Assembly: GCA_037441285.1 (NCBI GenBank)
Contig: JBBISL010000002.1
Location: 82,627 to 146,626, forward strand
DNA from: a candidate division WOR-3 bacterium
GTDB lineage: Bacteria > Hydrothermota > Tepidihabitantia > Tepidihabitantales > Tepidihabitantaceae
DNA length: 64,000 nt
Direction of reading: 5' to 3'
In this document: piece by piece, positions 38,361 through 48,249 of the stretch
Numbering within the stretch: position 1 is the first letter of the stretch
Layout of the letters: every line of letters begins with the position of its first letter
The notes under the pieces: model-generated
Told to the model about the DNA's origin: nothing
What the model saw: only the letters and a program-made list of their open reading frames with translations
The model's database searches: none
Program-made: the position numbers and the translations under genes

Positions 38361-40139
38361 TTAGCTTTCCTCCGCAACAAACTGTAACCGATAAAGTCTT
38401 GAATAAACCCCGCCCCGCGCCAGCAGTTCTTCATGCCTGCCTTCCTCCACAATTTGCCCCCGATGGACAACAACGATGCGGTCCGCCATCAGCACCGTTA
38501 CCAGCCGGTGCGCAACAATAATCGCGGTCCTGCCCGCGAGCAGTTCCCGCAACCCCTCCTGAATCAGCGCTTCGGTTTGCGGGTCAACCGAAGATGTCGC
38601 TTCATCGAGAATCAAAAGTTCCGGGTCCCGAACCAGTGCCCGGGCAAAGGCTAAAAGCTGTCTTTCGCCCAGCGAAAAGTTTACACCGCCTTCAGCAAGA
38701 ACCGTATCGTAACCATTGGGAAACCGCTTGATAACCTCATCGATGCGCATCCTTTCTGCCGCCTTCTTCACCTGCTCGGTCGGAATTGTCTCATCAAACA
38801 TCCGCAGATTGTCCAGTACCGTGCCCGGAAATACTACCACCTCCTGCGGCACAAACCCTATCGAGCGGCGTAGCGTTCGATTGTCAATCTCATTCAGGTC
38901 AATCCCGTCCAAGGTTATTTTGCCCGTTTGCGGCGCATAAAACTTTAAGAGGAGATTGACAATAGAGGTTTTACCGCCACCGGTTTCACCAACCAGTGCC
39001 ACTTTCTCCCCTTTGCGAATCTTCAGATTAATCCCTTTGAGCACAAACTCCTCATCGTAGGCAAAATTCACCGCTTCCAAACTTACCCCTTCCTTCAAAC
39101 GCACCGCATCCTTAACCCTGCCTTCGGGCTCTATTTCCTGGTCAAGAATTTCCAGCGTCCGTTCGGCAGAAGCAAACGCCCTTTGCATCAAATTAATCTG
39201 GTCCGATATCGAACGCAAAGGGGCAAACAACTGGCTGATGTAAGAAACAAAAAGCACCAGCGTCCCCAGCGTCAATCCACCTTTGAGCGCCCAAATTCCC
39301 CCGACACTTAACACCAGCACAATTCCCGCCACCTCGCCGAAATCAACCAGAAACCACACCAGATACCAGAGCCACTGCGCCCGCAACTCCTGGCGGAATT
39401 TAAGCCGATTCAAATCGTCCATCTTCTGGGCAAACCGCCGCTCCTGACCGAAAACCTGAACCACTGGCAATCCCTTCAAAGTCTCGAGAATTAAATTGTT
39501 GATGTCCGCGACCGTCCGGCGCACACTGATATAAACCGGTCGCACCTTCTTTTGAAACAACCAGAACGCAATGACAAAAGGAGGTAACAGCGCCGCAATC
39601 AAAAGAAACAAACGCCAATCAATTACTGCCATCACCACACCCATCCCCAAGACCATCAAGAGGCTCTGCACCATCATCACTGAAGTTCTGGTAAAAAGCA
39701 TTTTCAGCGCCTCGGTATCGCTCTCCACCCGGGAAATCAATTTACCGCTCGGCATCCGGTCAAAAAACCGCATCGGTAATTTAAGGATGTGCTCAAAAAG
39801 CCGCTCTTTTAAATTTGCCGCGCCTCTTTCTCCAACATACGCAAGCCACACCATCTGAAAATAGGTGGCAAACAGTATCGCCACCTGTGTTAGAAGGTAG
39901 ATAAGCGAAGTCAGCGCCAGCCCCTTCATATCACCCTGGCTTAAATTGACATCAATCGCTCGCCTGAAGAGAATCGGACCGATTAGCCCCAGTCCACTGG
40001 CAACCAATAGCAAAATCCCGGAACCGATTATCCGACCCCGATAAGGCGAGAAAAAGGGCCAGAGCCGGCGCAGATACTCTGCCGCACGACCTCGCGGTTT
40101 TGTTTCCTCGTCGGACAGGTCAAAATCACCGAACCACAT
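38361..40139 (-). CDS. ABC exporter half-transporter (TMD-NBD), heterodimer partner
   Basis: GETGGGKT, FSLGE (degenerate signature), ILDE, AHRL. Confidence 0.9.
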   Translation of the reverse strand: MWFGDFDLSDEETKPRGRAAEYLRRLWPFFSPYRGRIIGSGILLLVASGLGLIGPILFRRAIDVNLSQGDMKGLALTSLIYLLTQVAILFATYFQMVWLAYVGERGAANLKERLFEHILKLPMRFFDRMPSGKLISRVESDTEALKMLFTRTSVMMVQSLLMVLGMGVVMAVIDWRLFLLIAALLPPFVIAFWLFQKKVRPVYISVRRTVADINNLILETLKGLPVVQVFGQERRFAQKMDDLNRLKFRQELRAQWLWYLVWFLVDFGEVAGIVLVLSVGGIWALKGGLTLGTLVLFVSYISQLFAPLRSISDQINLMQRAFASAERTLEILDQEIEPEGRVKDAVRLKEGVSLEAVNFAYDEEFVLKGINLKIRKGEKVALVGETGGGKTSIVNLLLKFYAPQTGKITLDGIDLNEIDNRTLRRSIGFVPQEVVVFPGTVLDNLRMFDETIPTEQVKKAAERMRIDEVIKRFPNGYDTVLAEGGVNFSLGERQLLAFARALVRDPELLILDEATSSVDPQTEALIQEGLRELLAGRTAIIVAHRLVTVLMADRIVVVHRGQIVEEGRHEELLARGGVYSRLYRLQFVAEES

Positions 40140-40221
40140 TAGAGCGTGATTATTACTGAAAAAAGTCTATCTGTCCATAGAAGACTTTGACCATCCATCA
40201 CCTTTTCAATATCCTGTTTTT

Positions 40222-41301
40222 GTGAACCATCTTGTTGCCGTAACCGCTGGTATCGGCCGGGGCCATTCCCAGTACCTCAACTCAGTGCTTTCCTATCTGT
40301 CCGATGTTCCTCTTGTTCAGGTTTCAGGCATGGGATGGCAAAGTGCCCGCTCGTTATATCGGCTTGGCGGTCGCGGCGGCATCTGGACCGTTCTTTACAA
40401 CCGCTTGCGGGGCGAGAAAAAACCGAACCGGTTCATCCTGCGTCTCCTTGAATCACCCGTATTAAACCGGCGGAAAAAAGGTGGGGAAATTGTCCTCGCT
40501 GACCATCCGCTTATCAGTCACATCCTCGCACCCTTCTGCCCTGTTGCCTACCTTCACGGTGAAATCGCCGCGCCACCGGTCTGTGCCATTCCTGCTGCGC
40601 GGACAATCTTTGTCCCTCTGCAAGAAACCGCAGAACAACTCATCGCCTGTGGTGTTAGTCCCGATGTTTTGCGCGTTACCGGACTGGTAATTGAACCCGA
40701 ACTCTTAAAAGATGCCGATGCCGCATTTCAATCCCGGCTCGAGCGACTTGCCACCAACAAGCCGCTAAACATTGGATTTTTCCTATCGGGTGCCTCACCC
40801 AAACCCCATATCCGTACTATCCTCATTGCTGCCCGCTCGGCTCTTAACTCCGGACTTCAGCTCGTTATCTTCTGCGGTGTTGATTACCAAACCGCCAACT
40901 GGCTCAAAGGAAAACTCAACTGTCCGGTCTATGCTTTTCCATCTTATTCCGATGAAACAACCGCTACCGCCCGCCTTCTACCCCAAATCGACCTTTTTGT
41001 CGCCGCAACCCATGAACGGACCAACTGGGCATTGGGCTTGGGATTACCGATGTTTGCCTTATTGCCGCACATCGGACCATTCGCCCCGTTGAACTTTGAA
41101 TTTGCCAAAAACCAGGGTGTCTGCCTGCCCCTTGAAAACACGGAAAAGTTCGGCTCCTATCTTTTAACCTTACAGGCTCAAGGTAAACTTCGGCAAATGG
41201 CACAAAATGGCTGGGGTAAATACCCCATCAATGGCGCCCGGACAATCGCCGAATTCCTGCGCGCCGAAATTAACTGCCGTAAATTAGAAACGAAACCTTA
41301 G
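40222..41301 (+). CDS. Hypothetical protein, probable GT-B glycosyltransferase (MGDG synthase/UgtP-like)
   Basis: VTAGIGRGH, DHPL, VTGLVI and DLFV...ALGLGLPM...N are colinear with GT28 motifs but divergent. Confidence 0.5.
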   Translation: MNHLVAVTAGIGRGHSQYLNSVLSYLSDVPLVQVSGMGWQSARSLYRLGGRGGIWTVLYNRLRGEKKPNRFILRLLESPVLNRRKKGGEIVLADHPLISHILAPFCPVAYLHGEIAAPPVCAIPAARTIFVPLQETAEQLIACGVSPDVLRVTGLVIEPELLKDADAAFQSRLERLATNKPLNIGFFLSGASPKPHIRTILIAARSALNSGLQLVIFCGVDYQTANWLKGKLNCPVYAFPSYSDETTATARLLPQIDLFVAATHERTNWALGLGLPMFALLPHIGPFAPLNFEFAKNQGVCLPLENTEKFGSYLLTLQAQGKLRQMAQNGWGKYPINGARTIAEFLRAEINCRKLETKP

Positions 41302-41337
41302 CTCTAATTATCTACCTTTTCGCTTTCGCTTCTCTAT

Positions 41338-42672
41338 TTACTTTGTGATAATCACCTTGCGGACTTCCTGCCCCTGTGCCGGATGCACAAAATACACGCC
41401 CGGACTCAAATGAGTAACATCATTAGCACCCGCTTTAAGGTCCATAACCTTTCTGCCGGTGCGGTCAAACAGACCGCCTGACATGCACTCCGAATTAGCC
41501 GGAAAGAAAATTACATTTCGGAATACGGTCGGTGCTTGTGCTGCCGGTTCGGTGTTAAGCGTAGTACGCTCTTTAATTGCGATTGGATATCCGAAGAACC
41601 CCCACATCAACTTGTAAGGCGGAGCAGCGCCCTGAGTCCAAACCAGAAGCGCACCTAAACAGTTAGGTGAGAAAACCGGCTCCGCAATAGAAAAAATACG
41701 ACGCACCGAATTTCTGGTCCAGCCGGTCCCAAAGTAGTAAAAATGGGTGAAGATGTCCTTTCTGCCGGCTGAATCCTCCTCCCAGAAAAGATAGGACCAC
41801 ACAGTTCCTACTGTTGAAAGCACCGGTGCGGTTGAACTGCCCGGAGTCAGATAACCGCCACCGTTACCGTTGTGAAAATGTACTTCAAGATTACCGCCGG
41901 CGTCCACATCCCAGCCCGCGGAAAATGACTCGCCGCCCATACTGAAATCAACCGAAGGATGGCTTAGCGGGGCGGTGCTCTCCATTAAAACCTGTTCCGG
42001 CTGCCATACACCATTAACCTGCCGGCGTTGCATTATCTGATAAACACCTGCCTGTGAGTCAAACTTTTGCCAGAGGACAGATATTCCATCGCTGAACTCC
42101 TCAATCGCGGGCAGGTCACAAACATCGCCTGCATTCCCGGACACACAGAATCGGTCACCGATAATGCCATTCTGATTTGCCCGACGATACCAGATTTCTC
42201 CACCTTCTTCCCATACAATATGCGCCACACCGGTAGAATCGCCGTAAACATCGGGATGAGAGCAGGCAACCGTACTCTGACTGACATTGACCGGTGTCAT
42301 CCGGTACTCAAGGTTCCGGTAAAATATGTTCCGCACACCTGATGCTGTATCAATCATCTCACAGACCAGATGCCGGTGACCACTTCTTCCCCAGGTTACT
42401 CCGGGATTTTGTCCCAAATAAAGCGTCTGCGGCCTTGACCAGGGTTGGTTACCATTGCCCGAAGTTGCTATGTAAATACTTTCCGAAGACTGAAAAATCA
42501 AGGTCACAGTATCGGTTTCGGGATTGAGCAACTCGGAGCGGAAGGCGAGTTTATGGCTGTTATTCGGTCCAGTTGCATAAGGCACATCGGTTGAACAGAT
42601 GCACCCGAACTCATACTGGGCAAACACCGGGGTGACGAGCACCCCTAACAGACAAACCCATAACGCCTTCAC
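41338..42672 (-). CDS. Secreted beta-propeller-like protein with short T9SS-like CTD
   Basis: GTG start after AAGGAGGT; signal peptide; HIVWEE...IWY repeats; CTD LFDRTGRKV...NDVTHLSPGVYF...KVIITK. Confidence 0.75.
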   Translation of the reverse strand: MKALWVCLLGVLVTPVFAQYEFGCICSTDVPYATGPNNSHKLAFRSELLNPETDTVTLIFQSSESIYIATSGNGNQPWSRPQTLYLGQNPGVTWGRSGHRHLVCEMIDTASGVRNIFYRNLEYRMTPVNVSQSTVACSHPDVYGDSTGVAHIVWEEGGEIWYRRANQNGIIGDRFCVSGNAGDVCDLPAIEEFSDGISVLWQKFDSQAGVYQIMQRRQVNGVWQPEQVLMESTAPLSHPSVDFSMGGESFSAGWDVDAGGNLEVHFHNGNGGGYLTPGSSTAPVLSTVGTVWSYLFWEEDSAGRKDIFTHFYYFGTGWTRNSVRRIFSIAEPVFSPNCLGALLVWTQGAAPPYKLMWGFFGYPIAIKERTTLNTEPAAQAPTVFRNVIFFPANSECMSGGLFDRTGRKVMDLKAGANDVTHLSPGVYFVHPAQGQEVRKVIITK

Positions 42673-42804
42673 AAACACCTCCTTTTGTGTCTGTATTATA
42701 ATCAAAAACCCCGAACGCCTCAACACCCTAAATTTCCCTACCAAACGGCAAAGTTAAGGTGCTAAATTACCATTTGACGACAGCCAATTCAGACCGTTGC
42801 CCAA

Positions 42805-44466
42805 TCAATACCGTACAACCTTTCCGGTCCACTGTTCATTGCCCAGCACCGCTCGCACAATGTAAACGCCTGCCGCGCCTTTATGGGGTAGAGCCAGCCG
42901 GTACGAGCCCGGGGCAAATTGCCTTCGTGCCAGTTCACCAAACAACCTGCCGTCTGGTGTATAAAGTTGGATATCAACCGGCATCGTCTGCCCAAGTTTT
43001 AATATCAGCGCCCCTCCTACAATCTTCAGTTCCACGGTCGGAGTCGGTACGGGCAAATTGCCCTGTTTCAGCCCGACGCCGCTGGTATCATAACAGACCG
43101 AATCATACCCCACATCCACCGCAGTAAAGAGAATCGAATCTTCTTCCGGATGATAAAGGGAGTCGACAACTTCCCATTGAATCCAGGCTACCCGCATAAA
43201 CTCCGGCTCTTGCGTCTCAACACAAATCGGTCGCATCCCATTCTGGTCAAATGTGGAAAGTATAAAATTTTCCCCGGTGATGAGATACTGGTAACTGTTT
43301 GAGTATCCGGCAATCGCATAACCGCCCCAGTTGAGCCGGACCATTGGCAGGGGCACATCATCGTTCAACCCAGGGTCATAAGGACTGGGATGGGACCGCG
43401 CCCAGACAATGTTGCCATTAAAACCCAGTTTCATAAGAAGGAAATTAGCGTTCGGAATACCCGGACCAACACTGGTCGTGGGCCCACAAACTACACAACC
43501 GCTATCGGGTGTTGGCACCAGTGAACGGTCGTCAAGGACCTTTTCCGCACCATTTGTCCAGCCATAACTGAACGACCAGACAAAATTCCCTGCCAGATTA
43601 AATTTGGTAACAAACAGATTTGCCGGGTCAACAGGCTGAGCAACAAAGCCTTTAGTCCAGCCCGCGGTAAGTATATCGCCGTTGAAATCAACCGCCACCG
43701 AATACGCCTCATCTGTTGAATCACCCGGTACAATCCAGAGCCATTGGGGGTTGCCTGAACCATCGGTTTTCATTAGTAAGGCGTCAAATTGATTCGGTTG
43801 CGTTGCCTTGGCTCGACCACAGATGGCAAAACCACCGTCCCGAGTTTGAACAATTGAATAACTTTCATCCTCCATATGGTTGGGACTCATCCAGTAAACC
43901 CGGAACCAGCTTACTCTGCCCAGCGAGTCAAGGCGCAAAAGAAACATATTCGGGTATGGCGCCGGACCAAAACTGCGCGTCAAACCGCAAAGGGCAAAAC
44001 CACGGTCAGCGGTCTCAACAATTGAATAAGGTATATCATCATCCCAACCACCGAATACTCGACCCCACAACATATTGCCATTGGAACTGAATTTCGCGAC
44101 AAAGATGTTAGCCTGCGGCGTACCAATACCATAACTCCGCGTAAAACCACACAGCGCATAACAGTTATCATGTGTCCTCACCATTGAATAGGCTTCGTCA
44201 TCCTTTAAGCCAACCGAAATCCGTGCCCAGACCGGCGTACCATACTGGTCGGTTTTCAATAACAGGACATTGGAAAAGTTAGGTGTACCCGGACCATAAC
44301 TCTTTGTCCAGCCCGCAAAACAGAAACCATCGGGTTCAACCGCCTGAACCAGTGCTGTTGCCCTTTCATCCATACTACCGCCGTATATTCGAACCGGTAA
44401 TGGCTGCGAGACGACCAGACTGGCAAAAACCAACCCGGTAACCAGAATCACAGAACCCTGTTTCAT
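42805..44466 (-). CDS. Secreted beta-propeller repeat protein with T9SS-like CTD
   Basis: Repeats D.AYS(I/M)V.T.D.GF...G.T.S(F/Y)G...LLK.D..G...W; CTD LYTPDGR...GVYIV...KVVRY. Confidence 0.8.
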   Translation of the reverse strand: MKQGSVILVTGLVFASLVVSQPLPVRIYGGSMDERATALVQAVEPDGFCFAGWTKSYGPGTPNFSNVLLLKTDQYGTPVWARISVGLKDDEAYSMVRTHDNCYALCGFTRSYGIGTPQANIFVAKFSSNGNMLWGRVFGGWDDDIPYSIVETADRGFALCGLTRSFGPAPYPNMFLLRLDSLGRVSWFRVYWMSPNHMEDESYSIVQTRDGGFAICGRAKATQPNQFDALLMKTDGSGNPQWLWIVPGDSTDEAYSVAVDFNGDILTAGWTKGFVAQPVDPANLFVTKFNLAGNFVWSFSYGWTNGAEKVLDDRSLVPTPDSGCVVCGPTTSVGPGIPNANFLLMKLGFNGNIVWARSHPSPYDPGLNDDVPLPMVRLNWGGYAIAGYSNSYQYLITGENFILSTFDQNGMRPICVETQEPEFMRVAWIQWEVVDSLYHPEEDSILFTAVDVGYDSVCYDTSGVGLKQGNLPVPTPTVELKIVGGALILKLGQTMPVDIQLYTPDGRLFGELARRQFAPGSYRLALPHKGAAGVYIVRAVLGNEQWTGKVVRY

Positions 44467-44569
44467 AAGACCTCCTCCTTACTTTAAGCGGCCCTTTAAT
44501 TCAATGCCCCCGTGAAGTTCATTTTATAACCCCTCTTTCCCGACCTTTTCCTCCTGCCTTTTCTCTAAC

Positions 44570-44598
44570 ACTATACTACAATATCAGAAAAAAGTCAA
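44570..44598 (-). promoter_or_regulatory. sigma70 promoter for the gene starting at 44466
   Basis: Minus strand TTGACT, 17 bp, TATAGT. Confidence 0.6.
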
Positions 44599-44635
44599 TA
44601 GGGTAAATCCTGTCCGACAACGGCACAGGTATTTA

Positions 44636-44665
44636 TTGACATTGGTTGTAATTTAGTATTATAAT
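44636..44665 (+). promoter_or_regulatory. sigma70 promoter of the tRNA
   Basis: TTGACA, 18 bp, TATAAT, ending 8 nt before the tRNA 5' end. Confidence 0.7.
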
Positions 44666-44673
44666 TGAGCAAC

Positions 44674-44747
44674 TGCGGGGTGGAGCAGCCTGGTAGCTCG
44701 TGAGGCTCATAACCTCAAGGTCGCTGGTTCGAATCCAGCCCCCGCTA
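44674..44747 (+). tRNA. Initiator tRNA-Met (CAT); CCA not encoded
   Basis: GCGGGGTGGAGCAGCCTGGTAGCTCG initiator-type 5' half, anticodon arm TGAGG-CTCATAA-CCTCA, T arm GCTGG-TTCGAAT-CCAGC, 1x72 mismatch. Confidence 0.95.
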
Positions 44748-44793
44748 CTTCTTTCCAATCAGTTAATTCTGAACAACTCGGAGAGGATGGGCA

Positions 44794-44985
44794 ATGTCTG
44801 AAACCGCAGGCGAGGAGGAAAAGGTGAAAATAGTCCACAAATGGCATGGAGAGTCTTTAGCCGGTACCGTCTGGTTCATTGGCTGGCTGTTTACCATTGG
44901 CTATCTCCATCTACCGTTTTTCTGGAAAGGTGTCCTCGCATTGATTATCTGGCCCTACTATCTGGGCAGGGCGCTGGCGCATTGA
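44794..44985 (+). CDS. Small Trp-rich membrane protein (63 aa)
   Basis: SD GGAGAGGA; WFIGWLFTIGYL...WKGVLALIIWPYYLG gives two TM segments. Confidence 0.7.
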   Translation: MSETAGEEEKVKIVHKWHGESLAGTVWFIGWLFTIGYLHLPFFWKGVLALIIWPYYLGRALAH

Positions 44986-45042
44986 CTTAGAGCATCACAA
45001 CCTTTCTTGACTCTTTTTTTCGGCTCGCTACCATAAGCCGTT

Positions 45043-46482
45043 ATGAAAGAAGAAGGCATTGTAAAGGAAATCCCGCCCAAGTCGGGTAACTTTTCGGAAT
45101 GGTACACCGCGGTCGTGTTGCGGGCAGAACTGGCAGATTACGCGCCGGTGCGGGGCTGTATGGTTATCAGACCTTATGGCTATGCGCTCTGGGAGAATAT
45201 GCAAACCCTGCTTGATGCCCGGTTTAAGGCAACCGGCCATATGAACGCCTATTTTCCAACCCTGATTCCGGAAAGTTTCTTAAAAAAAGAGGCGGAGCAT
45301 GTGAAGGGGTTTTCACCGCAGGTTGCCTGGGTGACAAAGGGTGGTGACTCCGATTTAACCGAACCGCTTGCCCTTCGTCCCACGAGCGAGGCGATTATCA
45401 ACTGGATGTATGCCCGCTGGGTGAAGAGTTACCGCGACCTGCCGGTTTTGATTAACCAGTGGTGCAATATCTTCCGCTGGGAAAAGACCACCCGACTTTT
45501 TTTGCGTACCCTTGAGTTTCTCTGGCAGGAGGGCCACACCCTGCATCGCACCCCTGAAGAGGCGCAGGAAGAGACGCTGCGGATTTTAAACATCTATGTT
45601 GACTTTGTGGAAAACGACCTTGCGGTACCGGTTATTGCCGGAATGAAACCGGAAAGCGAGAAGTTTCCCGGTGCCATCGCCACCTACTCAATTGAGGCGC
45701 TGATGCCTGATGGCCAGGCACTGCAGGCGGGTACATCCCACAATCTCGGCCAGAACTTCACCCGTGCCTTTGACATCCGCTATCTGGACGAAGACAACTC
45801 CGAAAAGCACCCCTGGGGTACCTCTTGGGGAGTTTCCAGCCGGCTGATTGGCGCGGTGATTATGACTCATGGTGATGAGCGGGGTCTGTTTCTGCCGCCC
45901 AGAGTTGCACCTTATCAGGTGGTTATCGTCCCGATTCTTTATGGCAAAGACGATGAAGCGGTTTTAAAGGTTTGCTCGACGATTCGCGACCGGCTTGCTG
46001 GAGTTCGAGTAAAACTGGACGATAGAATCCAGTTCACTCCGGGCTGGAAGTTCAACGAGTATGAAATGCGCGGAGTGCCATTGCGAATCGAAGTAGGACC
46101 CCGGGATGTAAAAGCGGGTCAGGCGGTGCTTGTGCCCCGGGATGGAAAAGGCAAAAAGGTAGTACCGGTTGAACAAATTGACCGTGCGGTAAAAGAAACC
46201 CTCGAGCAAATTCAAAAAGGTATGCTGGAGCGCGCCCGAGAGTGGGTGGCAAGTGTTACCAGTACCGCCGAAACCCTTGAACAGTTCAAAAACAACCTTG
46301 CCCAGAAGCCCGGTTATGTCAAGGTCCACTGGTGCGGGTCTCAGGAGTGCGAAAACCGCATCATTGACGAAACCAAAACCACTCCGCGCAATATGCCTTT
46401 GGATGAACAGAACAGCCCAGGTCGCTGCATCGTCTGCGGGAAGGAAACCAAAACCTTAATTTATTACGCCCGCACCTATTAG
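45043..46482 (+). CDS. proS: Proline--tRNA ligase (eukaryote/archaea-like type)
   Basis: [40 protein letters not shown]-terminal Zn domain ending ARTY. Confidence 0.95.
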   Translation: MKEEGIVKEIPPKSGNFSEWYTAVVLRAELADYAPVRGCMVIRPYGYALWENMQTLLDARFKATGHMNAYFPTLIPESFLKKEAEHVKGFSPQVAWVTKGGDSDLTEPLALRPTSEAIINWMYARWVKSYRDLPVLINQWCNIFRWEKTTRLFLRTLEFLWQEGHTLHRTPEEAQEETLRILNIYVDFVENDLAVPVIAGMKPESEKFPGAIATYSIEALMPDGQALQAGTSHNLGQNFTRAFDIRYLDEDNSEKHPWGTSWGVSSRLIGAVIMTHGDERGLFLPPRVAPYQVVIVPILYGKDDEAVLKVCSTIRDRLAGVRVKLDDRIQFTPGWKFNEYEMRGVPLRIEVGPRDVKAGQAVLVPRDGKGKKVVPVEQIDRAVKETLEQIQKGMLERAREWVASVTSTAETLEQFKNNLAQKPGYVKVHWCGSQECENRIIDETKTTPRNMPLDEQNSPGRCIVCGKETKTLIYYARTY

Positions 46483-48158
46483 CGGACGGTAATCAAATCT
46501 TTAATCTGTTCGTACTTCTTAGGACCGATACCCCGGACATTCATTATCTCTTCCACCGATTTAAATTTGCCGTACTGCTCCCGATACTCAACTATCCGTT
46601 GAGCGGTTTTCGGACCAATACCAGGCAGTTCGCATAACTCCTCCACACTGGCGCTGTTGATGTCAATTAAACCGGTTCTGCTGACTCTAATTGTCTGTTT
46701 CGGTGTTGCCGGGTAAAACTTCGGTCCTAGCACCGAACTTAATCGTCCCTTCTGTTCGGCAAATTTGAGCCAAACTGTGGTAAGGTTTTCGGGAAAAATC
46801 TTTCCTTTCTCTTTTACACCCGTTCGTTCCAGCCAGGTTTCCGTGGTAACAACTTTATAGACACCTTTGCGCCGGTCCCGGAGCCGAAATCGGACAACTT
46901 CGGCAATTCTATGGATGTCGAACGTATCGCCCCGCACAAACAGGTCCGCACCAGCAACAAAAGGCGCGGGAAGGCTTGTATCCATCTCTCCCGGGGTAAG
47001 AACCATCGCCAGTAAACTTTCCGGTAGAGTCACCACCCGCAACCGCTCCTGATAAGGCACAACATTGTAAAGCTGACGCCGGCTCAAACCCCCTTTTTCC
47101 AAGCCCTGTTCAATCACCCAGTAAGGCAGAACCACCAGGTCCGCCTCGGTAACCTGACGCACCGCTTCGGCAACCATTTGTCCCAGTTTTGCCTTACCTG
47201 ATTCATCCGGGAAAAACTCCTCTTCGCTTTCGGCAACAACAGTATCCATTCCGGACAGAACAAACCGTCCGAAAATTGAATCAAGGGGTAAATCGGGTTG
47301 AACATTCATCACCTGTGCCTCTATCGCATAAACCCGGCGCTCGGCTTTCTGAAACAGTATGTCAACCACACCAATCCTCTGCCCGTAAACTCCACTTACA
47401 ACTACCACGCCCCGGCTGTTATTCGGTATCTGACTTTCAACTTTATCCGGTTCGCTCCGGCAAATAATCAAGTCAATTCCCGGAATTGCTTCGACAATCT
47501 GACGGGCGGTGGTCGTGCTGATATGCCCCAGCACAATTACCAGTTCAACCGACTCCGCCTTAACTGCGGGCAGATACCGTTCAACCTGCTTACGCGGCTC
47601 ATCAATCACCAAACCACCGACATCCGCTTTGCGGTTGTAAACTGTAATTTCCGGGTCGGTAATGCCGATTATACCAACCCTTACCCCATTAACCTCTTTT
47701 GTCAGGTAGGGACGGAAAAGCGGGGTGCTGCGTGCAAGTAAAACATCAAGCATCGGGTCACCGAGAATTGGAAAAGCCGCATAACGGGCAAGGATTTCGA
47801 GATTGTTCATCCCGCCCGTAAAATCCCGCGCCCCTAATACCGCGCCATCGTAATCCAAGCGGTTCATTATCCAGATTGTCAACCTGCCAAGCGAACTGTC
47901 GCCTTCGGGTGAACCGAATCCAAAATCGCCGTTGTCCAACAGCAAGGTTCCTGGTCGCGTCTCATCCTTGATTAACTTGACCAGCGCGTTCCAGCCGCCC
48001 AGTTGCCTTCTTGGTAAACCAGCCGAAGCGAAATCGGACGTTGGCAAAATCTGGCAATGCAGGTCCGAAGTCCAGATAATGCGAATAACCTGAAATTCTG
48101 ATGGGTTAGTCCGTCCTGAAAGGAGGGGCAGAAGCAGTGCCAGAAGAAAACAATTCAT
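46479..48158 (-). CDS. Secreted 5'-nucleotidase-fold protein fused to a C-terminal ComEA helix-hairpin-helix domain
   Basis: TSDLH and DNGD metallophosphoesterase motifs. C-terminus IDINSAS...[16 protein letters not shown]...VRGIGPK. Start revised to ATG 48158. Confidence 0.85.
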   Translation of the reverse strand: MNCFLLALLLPLLSGRTNPSEFQVIRIIWTSDLHCQILPTSDFASAGLPRRQLGGWNALVKLIKDETRPGTLLLDNGDFGFGSPEGDSSLGRLTIWIMNRLDYDGAVLGARDFTGGMNNLEILARYAAFPILGDPMLDVLLARSTPLFRPYLTKEVNGVRVGIIGITDPEITVYNRKADVGGLVIDEPRKQVERYLPAVKAESVELVIVLGHISTTTARQIVEAIPGIDLIICRSEPDKVESQIPNNSRGVVVVSGVYGQRIGVVDILFQKAERRVYAIEAQVMNVQPDLPLDSIFGRFVLSGMDTVVAESEEEFFPDESGKAKLGQMVAEAVRQVTEADLVVLPYWVIEQGLEKGGLSRRQLYNVVPYQERLRVVTLPESLLAMVLTPGEMDTSLPAPFVAGADLFVRGDTFDIHRIAEVVRFRLRDRRKGVYKVVTTETWLERTGVKEKGKIFPENLTTVWLKFAEQKGRLSSVLGPKFYPATPKQTIRVSRTGLIDINSASVEELCELPGIGPKTAQRIVEYREQYGKFKSVEEIMNVRGIGPKKYEQIKDLITVR

Positions 48159-48249
48159 CTTCCTGTTATCCAATATATCCATCTTTTGCCCATAAGGCAA
48201 GCGCGGTGCTTACTTGACTTTAACATCTGCTCATCTACAATCAAACCCA

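Noticed and set aside
38358..38363. In-frame TAA-ATG junction between the two ABC half-transporters
   Set aside because: Both halves are normal-length TMD-NBD subunits with complementary degenerate sites; this is ordinary tight coupling.
44748..45000. Possible integrative element at the tRNA 3' end
   Set aside because: No integrase gene, and I saw no duplicated tRNA 3' segment in the window.
45043..46482. proS looks more G-rich on the + strand than several other + strand genes (possible inversion or transfer)
   Set aside because: Only sampled by eye; thiC is also nearly balanced and amino-acid composition could explain it. Needs a GC3-skew calculation.
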